Below, in pieces: positions 15,187 to 28,900 of a DNA stretch of 64,000 bases. The stretch lies in assembly GCA_002104905.1 (NCBI GenBank), contig MCFE01000238.1, positions 55,638-119,637 of the forward strand, read 5' to 3'. The position numbers were made by a program, and so were the translations under genes. Numbering within the stretch: the stretch's first letter is position 1; every line of letters begins with the position of its first letter. The notes below the pieces were generated by a model. That model saw nothing but the letters and a program-made list of their open reading frames with translations. It made no database searches and had not been told where the DNA came from. Origin of the DNA: Basidiobolus meristosporus CBS 931.73. Taxonomy: Eukaryota; Fungi; Basidiobolomycota.

Positions 15187-18100
15187 ATGGAAGACTCAAT
15201 ATCACCACCCTCGTCCCCGGAACATGCACCGCTGTTCAACAGCGTACTGTCTACCACTGACATAGACAACATATCACCCGGAATAGCCCTTTCTATCCAA
15301 ATCAACCCTATCGAGCGCACCATATTCAATTCGGCCCCCACGGGACAAAACCTCCTAGAGGCAAAGGAGGAAGAAAAGCAAAGTCCTATCAGTCCTACCT
15401 CGAACAAGCTCAAGCGCACTGCTGCTATCCGTGTTGGCAGAATACAGCATAGCGGGCTAAGAAAAAACTCCTTGGACAAGCAGGAACAGCGTAAAGAGAG
15501 GACTAAGCTGTTGCGAAGATCAGTCTCCTTGAACGATGGAGAGTCCATTTTGGAACATGTAATTCTACCCTTGGACTTGCGACATGATGATCATCTCCTC
15601 GACAAGTTGAAATCGAAAAATCAGCAAATTCGAAAATCAAAATCTAGCGATGAGCTGAGATTATCCATGATTGAAATTAAGAAGCTGAAGGAGGGCGGCC
15701 AAGAAACCTCTCTGGACCACAACAAGATCCAAATATGTTCTCTCATTACCTCCTCTGCAGGTACCATAGTATATAAACCAAATTACCGAGGCTGTCTGGC
15801 TTATTAATGTGTATGCGTTGCTATATTCCATTACAGATGCGGGCTCGAATTATGCACTCGAACATTTACCAAGCAATCCCGGTAACAGCAATGTAGGAGA
15901 GGCTCCAGGTTCAGCCCGCTCTTTTGCTCGGAGATCTCGATCGTTCAACGTTCCCTCCAATAACATCAACAGGAATACCGAGCTACTCCGTACGTATTCC
16001 TCCCATGCTTATCGGGAAAAGGAGCGAAGCACCATTTACTTCGAGGGCCCTCTGGGGATTTGGTCGCAGCGGTTCAATGCCAACAAGGAGCCATCCTCTG
16101 ATCGGATATCAGGAATCATGAAGAGCTGGAATATTAAGAATGTCTCTGAGCTCATAACGTCTTCCTCCAATTCCGATGACAAATGCTTTTCGGTCGAGGA
16201 TTTGGGCTTATTGTCATCTTCAGATTCTAGGCTACCAATGAAGGAAATCAAATATCACAAACCTAAAGTTAGCAAGATAGTGATCGAAAATCCTGGCAAA
16301 TCACGCACCATGTTTCAGCCGGCGTTGCCCGAAGAGCTAATATCTAGTTCGTCACTTAAAACAGATGAATACAAAGGCCTGTTTCATTTAGGCAACGAAG
16401 TCAAGGCAAACAGAGTAAAACTGAATATTCGCTCCTCCCTCGAAATGAAATTAACCAAAGAGAAGCTATGCTCAGTAATTGTTGAGGACATCAATGAGCT
16501 GAGTTTGGGACCCGACTCAGAGGCCGCACCTCGCACAATGTCGATTGCAGCCGACTCCGTACCCGAAGAGAACAGCAACACAACTGTGCTTGGTGAAATT
16601 CCTGCGATGATGGAAATCACCTCTGGTACTCCATCAAGATTCGCACCCTTGGGTCGAGGCGAGAGTGTCCCCAAAGATTTTCTCACTCTGGAAAATGCGC
16701 CTGCATTGCTCGTAATCACATCTCGAGAGAATGCGAGATCGCCGGAGAAGTCGGCCTTTGCCGATTACTGCTCATTGCCTGATGGTGATGCATCGGATAT
16801 GTGTGGAGAAAACGATGGTGGCTCAGCAAACTCAATGTATAGTTTGGAAGCTCCTATGAGCAAAGAGGCTGAGAAACACTCTCCAATAACACCTAATGAT
16901 GATATGAGCGTTGACGCTTCAATCAAAATGTTAGTTCAGGATGAGGCCATCAAGTCATTGGATAACTACCTTTCGATATCCGACAGCATCAAACCCGTGA
17001 ACAAGATCGAACTGGAGGCTGCCCCATACGAGAAGCGTAATTCCAACATCGAGTTGCCCAATCTTTCGAAAGGTATTATTCCTCATCTAAGGAAGAAGAA
17101 GCCTTCGGTTCTAGCATCCACCGGTTCATTCCGTCGGAATTCAAAAAGGGTTACGGTCAATCTCTCTCGCATTGATTCCAGTGTATCTCGCCAAAGAATC
17201 ACCCAACATTGCAAAACCGAATCTGTGGAGACATTCTCTTCGAATGATAGTGCATGTTCAGAGTCTCACATACGTTCACCAGGCCCAGCACTTCCTGAAA
17301 ACACAATAAGTGAGCTGAAGTCTAGCGCAAAGCAAGCCTACAGCGAAGATGGTACAGTGTCCAACATCACACAGCCACCCCTGCGTACTAAAGTTAGTAA
17401 TCCATCAGTAAGTAAGCCTACATCTCGATCGACCCCAGCAAAGGCAATGATTCCCACACCCAAGTCTCGGGCAACAGTCAATGAGAAGCCCGGACTAGAA
17501 AAAGGGCTTCCCGACGAACCTCGGAATCTGATATATCATGGGTTTGCATTGCAAATAATCAACAGTAGCACCGCCAAAAATCGATATTTGCTACTGATGG
17601 ATGATATCCTTGTGATTGCGAAACCCATATCGCGAGATAGTCATCAAAGCTACAGCTTGAACTCGCCCTTCCTAGTAAAGCATATCATTGATTTGAGCGG
17701 TATTAGCTTTTCTGCCTCTCGAGAGAAGGATCGCGGCGGAAGAAAGGTAAAGGAGGACGTGACCTCTCGCAGCCAAAAGGGTGAGTTGCCTCCAGTAATC
17801 GCAAGCACTATTCGCAAATTCAACATGAACCCCTATGAGGGCATTATGTACATGATCGACAAGGGTGCACTGCGTGCGGACCCACTCAGTATTTCAAGCT
17901 TCCTTGTGAAAACAAATGAGCTTAGCCGTAGGCAGATTGGCAAATTTTTGGGGATGCAGAGCAATCATGCCATTCTGCTTGCCTTTTTAGATAGATGCAA
18001 GCTTACTGGCCTTCGAATAGATGATGCGTTAAGAGTGTTTCTAGCATCGTTTCGACTTCCTGGAGATGGTAACACCATCGATTATCTGATTGGAACTTTT

Positions 18101-19234
18101 GCTAGACGTTGGCATCGTGCAAATGCTAGTATATTGTCGTTTGACGTGGAGACGTGCACCAAGTTGGCATTCTTCATGATGGCTCTCAATTCTGACATGC
18201 ACAATAGAAAAAACGCTTCGAAAGCAATTATGGAGTTTGGTGAATTCGCCGCGCGGTTCCAAGCCTTGGAATCCTCATCCACGGTCCCTGAAAACACACT
18301 TGCTGAGATCTACCAGGCAATTCGGCACGACAAACTTGAGACCGCCATGGATGTCAAGGACAATCTACTCGTCCCAATCGACATCAAGCTTCCAGTAGAT
18401 CACCACCTTGCGATCAACGAAAGCTCTGCATTGATTACCATCTCCGTTCCGGCATTGGATAAGGATTTACGAATCAAGCCAGTTGGTGATGGATTAGTGT
18501 GTGATATTCCAATCCTGGATTTCACCTATACAAATTGTCACACATTCACAGTTAGGCCAACATCGTTGGGGCGCAAGAGTCTGGTGTTCATTAAGCTGGG
18601 CTCACGCAGTCGAAAATACACCAGTGTGCCTGCTTGGTCGTTGGTCGTCGAGCCCCCATTTAAACAGCACACCTTCCAGATCGGCTTTCCTGCAGAGGCA
18701 CACAAGCACCCACGAAAGAAATTCATGTTTGGTGTCGAGTCATCTACTGAACGAACACTGTGGCTGGAGAAGATAACTACCACATTTGCAAAGACCTTCA
18801 ATCATACAAACCCTGAGCTGGAGGTGATTATCCGCCGGTTGAGAAAGCATTTCATCACCGAAGACCCGTCACGCTTCTTGATTTTGAGTGGACATGAGCT
18901 TGTTCAATATTTACAAACGCCCTTCACTACCACACTACCCGAGCCCCAAATATCAGCCGCCAATAATCACCCAATCAATGTATTCAACAAATCCTCATAT
19001 ATGCCTCCTTTATATCCGCCAGTAATAGGAACCTCGACCAAAGCTCACGCCAAACCGCATGCACCACAAGCACATGGCAACCGTATTCGTGCAAGAAACG
19101 GGTCGTTAGGTGACTCCGTTCCTGGGCCGCAGATGAACTTGGCCGTCAGCCAAAGTAACTCGTCCGGGAAGCTGAAGTATAGTGCTGATTCCAGCTCGAC
19201 GACCAGCAGTAAATTTAGAGTTCGAGCAGGTTAA
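15187..19234 (+). CDS. Sec7-domain Arf-GEF-like protein with PH-like segments (intron 15761-15836)
   Basis: FNMNPYEGI..IGKFLG..LRIDDALRVFLASFRLPGDGNTIDYLI..FA..LNSDMHN is a Sec7 core. The intron joins the 206-aa and 1141-aa ORFs in frame. Confidence 0.85.
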
Positions 19235-19346
19235 TGCACGTCATGAATGTATTTTAATAAACGCATAATTGTTTGTGTAAAATAAACAAAGGAAAACATA
19301 TTGGTACATGTCCATTGCTTTCCTTGAGTCCGGTATCCTCACCTAC

Positions 19347-20557
19347 CTAGTTGTCACTGGATACTTTAAAGATGTTTCCAACTGCAGAAGGAACCAATCG
19401 TTCGGGGAATGCGCGCTCTAGTGCCATTTTAGCTCGCCATCCAGTACAATGCCCAGGAGCAAGGAACGTAGGATTGAAAGCGGCCATGTCCTGAACGGTG
19501 TTTTGTATCCGCTGTTCGACTTGGCGTCCAGCAAGATGGAATCCTCCAATTACCATATAAAGTGGCACCGAGGGTCCAAAAATCCGTTTTGCTTCGTGGC
19601 AAGCATTTATCACACCTGACAGGAGGCATTGGTTCAATATGGCTGGATTCGGTGAGCGGGAAAGTTACAAACCTGCATGACTGCAGCCAGTGAAGAGTAT
19701 GATGCCTTTTCCCTTGACATTCACTGCCAAGAATCTTTCATCCATTATTAAGGGGTCCGATTTCCATGTTTTGGCCTCTTCGTACCAACGTACATGACTT
19801 GGTACACCCAACTCATACGAGGTAAGCCTTGGAATTTCGCCACTAACCAAAAACATATCTTCACAGATCGTATGGATTTGCGAGCTCTTGGTCAACTTTG
19901 AAGGCAAAACATGTCAGCGGCTGTTAGTGTCGGCGCCAAGTTGATTGCATATACCTTGGCACCAAACCCTTCAAGAGCCTCCATGGAAGGATCTGCAGTC
20001 CAGGCCACATACTCATCTTGTCCGAGTTGTGTTCCACGGCCGTCGGGTCTATCGGGGTGAAGGTCAATGTTGACTGAATTATTGGCCTTCGCACATTCAC
20101 GAGCAACCGACAATAAGCCACCTGAATGGTCAATGTGCCAGTGAGAAAGTACAACCGTATTGATTGTACTAAAATCGACCTTTAGGTTTCTCGCATTCTT
20201 TTGAAATATCTCCTCATACGGACCAGTATCAAATAGTACCTGGCGCACTGTACCACCTGATTTTGCAGTCTAGAAGTAGCAAGAATAAGTTGTCTTGTCT
20301 GAAAGAGAAGAGTTTACAGGTCAACGTGTTACTATCAATAACGACAGCCCATGCGCAGCACAGCAAGCATCAGGAAAACGAAACTCATGACAATCAGCGC
20401 CTTTGCTAGAGCACGGATGTCTATGATCCCGGAATAGCCTATCGAACTGGCCTAATACTAGGCCTTCAGGGGTGGACGACATTCCATCGGTCTCATTGTC
20501 AACCACTACAGTAATTTCCAACGAGTCTACTTCAATGGGTAAGGTATGTTCGCTCAT
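19347..20557 (-). CDS. Metallo-beta-lactamase-fold hydrolase (multi-exon)
   Basis: ITVVVDN, HGLSLL, VLFDTGP, VVLSHWHIDHSGGL, GCSHAG, GGFHL and GHCTG motifs appear in order across the exons. Confidence 0.85.
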
Positions 20558-22381
20558 TTTGTTACAAGCTAGACAGTCTTGTGCTGGTGAACACTAAATA
20601 TTCATAGCTTGCTGCGGCATAACTTTATGCCATAGTATATCGTGAGAATATCATCAGCGTATGATAGTATCTGCCCAATTTTGTACTTGAGGTATTAATG
20701 CCACGCTGACCGCCTTTGGATGAGTCAATATTGTTCAAGTAGCAATTCGACAAGTGTATACGTATTGGACAAAGCTCCAGACTCTTCTCGTGACATGATA
20801 ATCTTGCAATGGGGTGAAGTTTTAGTTGGTAGATGCATTGGTCTGGATATCACAGCCCTCAACCATACACAAACACTCGGACTCCAAATGACATGCTCAG
20901 GATGCATCTACAAACCTAGGCCAATACGAAGCTCAAATGCATGCGTTGGAATCGCCTAAGATCGTTGTGTAGCTATGCCAACGGCTTCAGTTTGCACCAT
21001 GGCCCATTCCATACAAATGAAAAGCAGTACTTGATACTTATTCCATCGCATTCCATTGTACTGTGTGCACCCTTCAAATCCTACTGGTTAGATGTAACTT
21101 ATGCTCAGCGTCTCCGTTACTATTGTTATATGTGTCCTCTCATTTTCCGAAACCAACATCAGCGGTAAGCACTTATATGATTGGCAGCACTCGCTAGAGA
21201 TTAAGCTCTGTCACATTAATCCCGGGTGAAGAATATAAAGCACCGGCAATCAGCTAATACTCATTCATGAATATGTTTAAGGAGATATAAATGGCATTAC
21301 ATAACAGCTATATTGGCACCCGTTAAACTTGATTTCACCAGGAAATATACCAGAATAAGAAGGTTGGATGTTGCTATTGCTAATAATAGTTAAGCAAGAA
21401 GCGAAGACTTCTATGGAGATAGCTGCTATTGCACCAGTTGTTTTGACAACGATCAAATCCCCTGAACCCTTGTTCAGTTATCAGTGGAGATAGCTTCTCT
21501 GTTGTACATCGTTACATTGCTAACTAGCGCATAATAGAATGCTGATGGATAATAGGGGGACATTAAGTTACATGCTGTAAAGGGTGATCCCCTCCAAGGA
21601 TCAACCCGCATGAACAGAATGTGATCGAGACCTATTGTTTGAAACCCAATTCGAGTTAAATTATTAAGCTATGTATATAGCCTAAAGCACTAAGGACAAG
21701 TTGAGAAAGGGTATCAATTATTCACATTCATACAGCTCTATTCGCTCGACAGTAAAAGCACTTCTACAGCCCTTGGGGAGTACTGTAAACCATCACTAAG
21801 CATTCTGTCTTGGTACATATGCCAAACGATATAGGGATTATCGCAATTGAGGGGGAATAAACATGACAGCAGGGTAAGAGAAACTGGCATAAGATATTTT
21901 CCATCATAATTGTGAATATAGTAACGGCCATGGAGGCGCTATGATGTAGTCGCTCATAAAGCAGTTGCATAACGTCTATCTTTTCTTCCCATAGTCACTA
22001 AAATATTTCCAGATACATGCTCGCTGCAGAGACTTGCAAATGACAGCCCATATGGGCAGCACACTGCAGAAATCCTCTTTAAAACTCGCACTCGGGCCCT
22101 GAATATCTGCTCCTTATTTTTTACATAAGCGTTTACACCGTCCAAAAGGTGTATTGATTGCTGGCTGGTCATCTGCATTCCCCCTTTATTCACTCCTTTG
22201 CACTCCGCTTCACTACCGCCAAAGATATTCAGAACCATTCGAAAAGAATCCTAATAGTTAGATAAAGTGATTTTGCCTTTACTCCACCTCTCATACTATT
22301 CACACATACATATTTCCAAAGTGAAGTCGCTTTTAGTCAAGGCATACCGCTAAAATCTCAAAGCGATCCATTCGAATCACC

Positions 22382-23203
22382 ATGTCGCATATTTCCCAGA
22401 CGAAAGCGCTACTATCACGGTTATGCTATGGAATACTGATATTGTGGGTATGTGTAGAAGCGAATACAGGTGATCTAAGACGGAGGGCAACGGACTTAAC
22501 GCCGAGTAGCCCTTTAGGTTTAAAAGTTAACTATCGTGTAGCTTGGCTAAATACATCCACAGGCCAATTTGGAGGAAACTTGACCATATTCGCACCAACA
22601 ACAGCTTCATCCACACCATACTGGAAGATGAAATTTTTATTTACTGACCAGTACACCAAAATCAATGAGTATTGGGGAGAGTGGACGATGGAGAGATACA
22701 AGAGCGGATCATATATCATTCTTCCAGTGGCCGGTAAAGAACATTTAGTGGAGTCGTACTGCTTCAACGGCCAATTTACAGCCCACAACGAGCTAGACCA
22801 AGTCGCTTTACTAGGTCTTATTAGCCCCACCTCGTACACACTCATATTAAATTCCACAACTAGTGCAGACGAACAGGAAATTTCGCTTCCTCCGAATGAC
22901 TACGTGAATACTCCTCTGGATTTGAACACACCATCCAATCCATTTGGCCCCTACTTTCGCGCCTCAAGGCCTTTAGCAAAGCCCAACCCAGGCGCTCTTG
23001 ATGCAAGTGAATTTGGGGACGGGACAACCATCCAGACCCCACCAGTTGGCCTGTATATTTACAGCGTAGTGTTCCTTGTTGGGGCTGGAGTTGTAGGGGC
23101 TGGAACATATCGTCGTCTGCAATATCGAATTGAGTTTCGCAGACTAATAGAAACCCAAAAACTAAAACCCACCCCATTTCATCAGCCTCACTTCAAAAGT
23201 TGA
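22382..23203 (+). CDS. Single-pass membrane protein with signal peptide; extracellular beta-sandwich resembling CBM2
   Basis: 273-aa intronless ORF with a hydrophobic N-terminus, Trp-spaced segment W..GQFGGNLTI..YWKMKF..INEYWG and TM helix VGLYIYSVVFLVGAGVVGAG. The CBM2 likeness is tentative. Confidence 0.6.
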   Translation: MSHISQTKALLSRLCYGILILWVCVEANTGDLRRRATDLTPSSPLGLKVNYRVAWLNTSTGQFGGNLTIFAPTTASSTPYWKMKFLFTDQYTKINEYWGEWTMERYKSGSYIILPVAGKEHLVESYCFNGQFTAHNELDQVALLGLISPTSYTLILNSTTSADEQEISLPPNDYVNTPLDLNTPSNPFGPYFRASRPLAKPNPGALDASEFGDGTTIQTPPVGLYIYSVVFLVGAGVVGAGTYRRLQYRIEFRRLIETQKLKPTPFHQPHFKS

Positions 23204-23615
23204 ACTTCGCCCGAATGGGGTAACGAAATTTCCGGCTATCTCCAGACACCTCGTACTGTATGTGTTATTTAATCGAGCTGCGAGATACCTGTGCATTTCT
23301 CTTTTCCCAGGCCTCCCTTATTATTTTTGTGCTATACACTATGCTTCTGTTCCCACTTTCAAAACATTCTAATAACCCCAGGCTATTTGATCTTCTCCTA
23401 TTCCCACCTACATATATATATATACGATCCTCACCTACTGAACATGTTGATTTTCCTAGAGTATACCACTAGAATGCCAATTTTCAATACAAATACCTTT
23501 TCCGAACCCAATTGCTTATGAGGATGAATAGCTACTCAGAAATCTCCCCACCTTACGGCATGGTGATGGGTAGTAATTACATTGGCATCGATGGGAGCCT
23601 CCGCTGGAGGTGGTT

Positions 23616-24390
23616 TTATAGATCTTTTGGGTAAACATACTCTACAGGTGGTATGCGAGCAGAACAATTGGATTTCAGGTGTTTAGGCCGCATCTTCACC
23701 TTAGAGAAACCAGTCTCGCTTTCAGAATAAAAGTTTGCAAACTTGAGTATATCCTCTATCGTTTCGTCATCATCTTGATCTAAAGAATGAAACTGATAGT
23801 AATATTTCCCTGGAGAGCTGTAGGCTATGGCATTCCCGTTATCGCATGTACTTAAGCAATCCACGGGCCTGATGACCAAATTCCGGCGCACTCTATTTGC
23901 AGGAGAGGTGTCAAGTGTATGCCGTTTTATGACCCGATCGAACAACTTGCGGCCGCTTTTAATTTTCGCTTGAGAAGGGACGATTTCTTCGATGTCTCGA
24001 ATCCCTTTTGGGTCAACCTTTACCGTATTTACTGTATCAACCTCAGTAGTTTCATATTTTTGCTGATTACACTTGGTACATATCCACAAAATATGCTCAG
24101 GACTCTTGCTGGCGTTACTAAGACTCTCATCACTTTGAGCATCTGTTCCGTCAGTATGCTAGATATATATATATATATGTATGAATGTTTAGTATGCTTA
24201 GCGCCTCTTAGATATATGACTTGCTGCCTACCCATAGAGATACAAAAGGCTTTGATCTTTCAATATACCAAGTAATTAGAAAAACCACGGGCACTACGAT
24301 GGACAAGTAGCCACAATTATTCAGAGAGAAAGTAAGTGCATCAAAAATCATGCAGGAGGAATCTTTTGGTGGTGATGAAATGAAAGCCAT
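23616..24390 (-). CDS. DUF1636-like Cys-motif protein with N-terminal TM helix (intron 24159-24231)
   Basis: The GT-AG intron joins MAFISS..YLSIVVPVVFLITWY in frame to HILWICTKC..IRPVDCLSTCDNGNAIAYSSPGKYYYQF..FANFYSESETGF..RPKHLKSNCSARIPP. This resembles the DUF1636 pattern as I recall it. Confidence 0.6.
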
Positions 24391-24700
24391 CTGTAATGCT
24401 AAAATTGCGAATAAATACTACTGTCAAGCATGGTAACCAATCAACGTGCTACAAAAAATTATCAGATAAGAGCCAGGGTAAAAACTCTTTTATCAGATTC
24501 TTTTGGTTTATCAGATCCTGTCTTCAAGGAAATTCTTCACGAACAAACGCTGTACATATTAAGATGCTACAGACACAGATTTCATTATTTTTTCGAATCT
24601 GATTAAGTGGATGAATAAACAACTGAATTGCCATTAGATAGTGTTGAAAAATGTCTATCATTAAATCTGCTTAAAGTACTATTCGCCGTCTTTCATTTCA

Positions 24701-25540
24701 ATGTTTAGGAACAACTTCCAGGTAAGTTCTTTATACTTGAGGCTGAAGACATACACAACCTATCCGTCAACTTTGTGAACTTTAACATAAACCCTTTGCT
24801 TGCGTTATCTTCTCAGTCCGGGTTGCTGTCGATCTTCTACAGTTTAGGGTATACCTGAATCCACGCTATTTTACGATTCCAGTTTTCTGATTACTCTGAG
24901 CTCATTCAATAGAAATCAACCACTTCAATTGTGGAATCAGCATACCAATGATTTGGGGAAGATTGCCATTGAAACGGACGAAGATGTATCTGCTCCTGTC
25001 TTGACCATTAGCAGCCCAAAGCTATCCTCCACATACATCAGCTGCCCAGCGCGTTCAGAGGCCGAGCTGGGAATTAAGTTACCAATACTAGTGATGATTG
25101 TAAAGAATGTTGGAAAATATTTCTCGTTCGAGGTTCATGTGCGAGATGATAAACGGATTGTCCGTAGGTTTCGAGTCTCAACTTTCCAGGTATCTATTTT
25201 TAAGCGATAGACTGGCTCCCAAATGATAGCTAAAGATCCACACCGTTAGACCGAATCACGCATTCAGCCTGATCTATGTACTCTCCCCCTGCGTTTAGAT
25301 GAAGGATGGAACCAGCTTCAATTTGACTTGAACGATTTTGTCCGTCGCGCCTACCAAACCTCGTATACCGAAACGCTTAGAGTCCAGATTCATGCCAATT
25401 GCAATATCCGCCGAGTTTATTTTGCCGAAGAACTGTATGCTGAGGATCAGCTGCCTATAGAATTTCGACTTTACTCGTCAGTAAAATCCACCCCTTCGCC
25501 ACCCTCGTCGCCACCACCGCCCCCACCGCCGTTGGAATAA
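24701..25540 (+). CDS. CFAP20: Cilia- and flagella-associated protein 20 (BUG22/DUF667), 3 introns, poly-Pro tail
   Basis: Spliced MFRNNFQ|[11 protein letters not shown]|[37 protein letters not shown]|..[32 protein letters not shown] follows the highly conserved CFAP20 sequence. Confidence 0.93.
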
Positions 25541-25872
25541 GCAGTAAGAGCAATGTATTGGTTGTGATCTATTTGTAAATTGTTTGCAAAGAAGTTGTGG
25601 TATTAGATCTTGCTACACACGATCAATCTTGTTTGGTGAAATAAAAACTGATGAAACTGAGGATCACCAAATCTAACAACGTTCTTGGTTTGCTTAGAAT
25701 GCAGCAAATCACAGAAGGGAAGAGCTCTGTTTGATGTGTTCGATTTTGTTAGAAGGGAAATACTTGAAACGCACTCTGAATACCCAGCCCACATAAAAGA
25801 AAGGTCTACAGTCACCATGGTGTTTTGGAGACGACCTATTCTGCTGACCTTTCAGCCCATCATCCTCTGGCC

Positions 25873-27447
25873 ATGGTGAACCTTCAAAACAGTTCTTTTT
25901 TTACGCCAACGATATCAAACGAAGTTGGCAGGACAGAGAACGGGACCGTTCCACTGTTGAGATCCTCTCTAGAAACCTGGTCGTCCTTCTCGTCCGATGA
26001 AGAACGGGTATTGAGGTCACCATCGCCGAGTCCAGAATACCTCGAGCAGAAGATCCCCATTGAACGTTGTTCCAGTAATAGCTTGAACCGGGTGAATCAG
26101 CCTAGCAGAGGCCAGGATTCGCGTCGATTAATGCTTGCGCTCAGCTTGTGTTTGGGATTTTTCGTCATCGAGTTGATAGGAGGATTGATTGCTGGCTCGT
26201 TAGCTTTGATGGGGGATGCAGTTCATCTGTTGACAGGTATTAGTTTCTCTGTGAATTGACAGAAATGCTCGATTACTTATCTGCGCCTTCAGATGTGATT
26301 AGTCTTGCGATCTCTCTATCGGCCATCTATCTAGCCAAAAAGCCACCTAATAAGAGTAAGTCTGCCAACATTATTGTCAGAAACTTGGGGTAGCTGATTG
26401 AATATGCCAATCCTAGGGTTTACATACGGCTTCTATCGTGCGGAAGTGCTAGGAGTAATGGCTTCTATCCTAGTACTTTGGACGCTCACCATAGGGTTGA
26501 TATATGAAGCCTCGACAAGAATCAAATCACCCACCAAGATTGAAGGAAAGTCGATGCTGCTTTTTGGATGTTTGGGGCTTTTACTTAATATTGGGTAAGT
26601 CCGTGGAGAGGGGGCTGGCTAGATATATCTACTTTTACACGATATGCTAATCCGGCACCAGGCTGGCGATCACCTTGACCTATGATACAAATGCCAACAA
26701 TTCCGCGAAGATTGAAGACCACCCAGAGCCGTCCTCGGCAAGATATCCGAACAAAAAAGTGATGGCTTTGGTGATTTATTGGACCCTTGACCTGCTGCTA
26801 ACACTCTGTTCATGGGATGCTAGGAAATGAACCTTGCCGTAAGCGCAGCTTTCCTTCATGTGGTCGGTGATCTACTCTTTTCCGTTGGAGTGATATGCTC
26901 CGCTTTGGTGTTGATGTGGGATCCGAGTAAAATGTGGGTCGACCCACTCTGCACTTTTCTCTTTTCTGGAATCGTGTTTTTCACCAGTGGGCGCCTATTC
27001 AAACACAGTGTGGGGATCTTGATGACAGGTGAAGTCCACCGCCTCATGGGGTTGCAATTCCTTACTAAACTGTGTCTAACTTACAGCCGCCCCAGTGGAC
27101 ATCGATACCGACTTATTTAAAGAAAAGCTCCGTAAACTCGACAATATTCGTGGGGTCCATCATCTCCACGGTAGAGCCCTTCAACATTATCCTCTCATGA
27201 GCCATTGCTAACCTCCTTTTTTAAAGTATGGTGCTTAACTTCAAGCAAGGTATTGAGTCCGCACTCGACTGGACCATTCATGATTGTAACTGACCTGGTT
27301 ATTATTTAGTATGTCATGACTCTCCATTTGGAAATTCTGGATCCAAAATGCCACACAACTATACTGGAACAGGTGCAAGAAATTGCGGAGCAATTTGGTA
27401 TACTACCACAGGACCTTACTGTTCAAATGGAACACGTAGCAACGTGA
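25873..27447 (+). CDS. Cation diffusion facilitator (ZnT/SLC30-type zinc transporter), multi-exon; start uncertain
   Basis: FFVIELIGGLIAGSLALMGDAVHLLTD, TYGFYRAEVLG, AAFLHVVGDLL, WVDPLCTFLFS and C-terminal TVQMEH. Confidence 0.88.
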
Positions 27448-27649
27448 GATGAAATGGTCTATTTGTTGGAGGGTGGATGATACTACTTGTCAAGAATTAT
27501 TTTATCTGTTTCTATTTCCATTTTTCTCTAAATCGACAACTTCCTTGGTTCATGATACTCATAGACGCAATTGAATTTTAGATATTGGGCCAACCAGAGC
27601 GCTCACTAATCATTTGATGGTTTTGTCAAGAACCCTGTTGCCGCTACAT

Positions 27650-28900
27650 GCGAGGTATAGGAAGGTATCTTGAGCTGCCAAAACTTTGGGGATAGACATC
27701 GATGATATTGGATATTACCATATCAATCCTTAATAAATATATTTTGGCAGTTCATGGACAAATGCTTGGTCCCATGTAATATACGGTCCATTAGAAATGA
27801 TGATGAATGAATCGTCTAAATACTCAACGTGCAACTAAGTGGCTTGAAATGACTTCCATGGCGGATGCGGGCGCCCCCGATATACGGATTGATTCCTTGA
27901 TAGCAACCTCATCCACTTTGCTCTGCAGACACAGTGATAACTTGGAGTGTATCTTAGAATCCGACATATCTAAGAGCCAAGGAGTGGATAATATCTTTTA
28001 CGATCCTGTCCGCAAAGGTAGATGGTGATAATCACCTAATTCCGCAGAAATCACTCTTGGTCTTGTACATACAGGTTTTGTAAAAATCCTCTCACTTCTT
28101 GTATAAACGTTGATACACCGAGCTGTGCCCAAGTGATATAGTAACTAAAGTGCAATAACGCCTAATCTCATCACGCCAAACAGTACATATAAGATAAAGA
28201 GCAAATCGTTCCCTCCACTATATCCGTCTGACTCGGTGTTTGAACCCCGCCGAGGGCGCAACAATGCTCCAATCTGGTAGTACGATAGGGCAGACAGCTA
28301 TTCATTTGCCAGAGATCCTCGCCTCCATCTATTAAGAGCAAACACAGTGGCTTGAACTCACTACCAAAAATGTACCTTTCAGTGCTTGATTGGATCAGAT
28401 ATGTTGCTCAGAAGAAAATCGAGCTCACCACAGATCTAAGCTTGAAGGTTTCATACATGAAATCGTCTAAATAAATGACTCGCTTTGCGGGAGAAAATCT
28501 CTGCTGCCCAAGTGAACGGTGTATCAAGTATCACCCAACCTCCATATTCGAAAATGTGCCGGCGTACCCAGGGAGTCCTGACGAAAATCGCGACGCCATA
28601 TGACTATATATTGCTACTGGCTGAAGTGGATTACTGGTGGGACATGGTCACCTCAATGGTTGGGCTAATCACTTTTCATTCGAAATTCGATCTCTCATTA
28701 CATCATTGCTCATTAAGAAGCAAATTCTGAAATACAAGCGGCATAAGAATAAAGCGAATATACACTCGGCCCATCCAAATTGGAATCTTGGGCATACTTT
28801 GCAGTAGATCCGTCACGTAGGCATGATGATGGATATCTATTAATCCACCGCTTATAGAATGTGGTCTCATATTGGATGGCCCAAATGAACAATCATTCAA
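27650..28900 (-). pseudogene. Possible heavily decayed amidohydrolase_2 (ACMSD/aromatic decarboxylase-like) pseudogene
   Basis: Fragments in N-to-C order across frames: LIDIHHHAY; SN/YGG/LGD..RKA; IR*LS..FADRI; FGS. Many stops and frameshifts. Confidence 0.25.
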
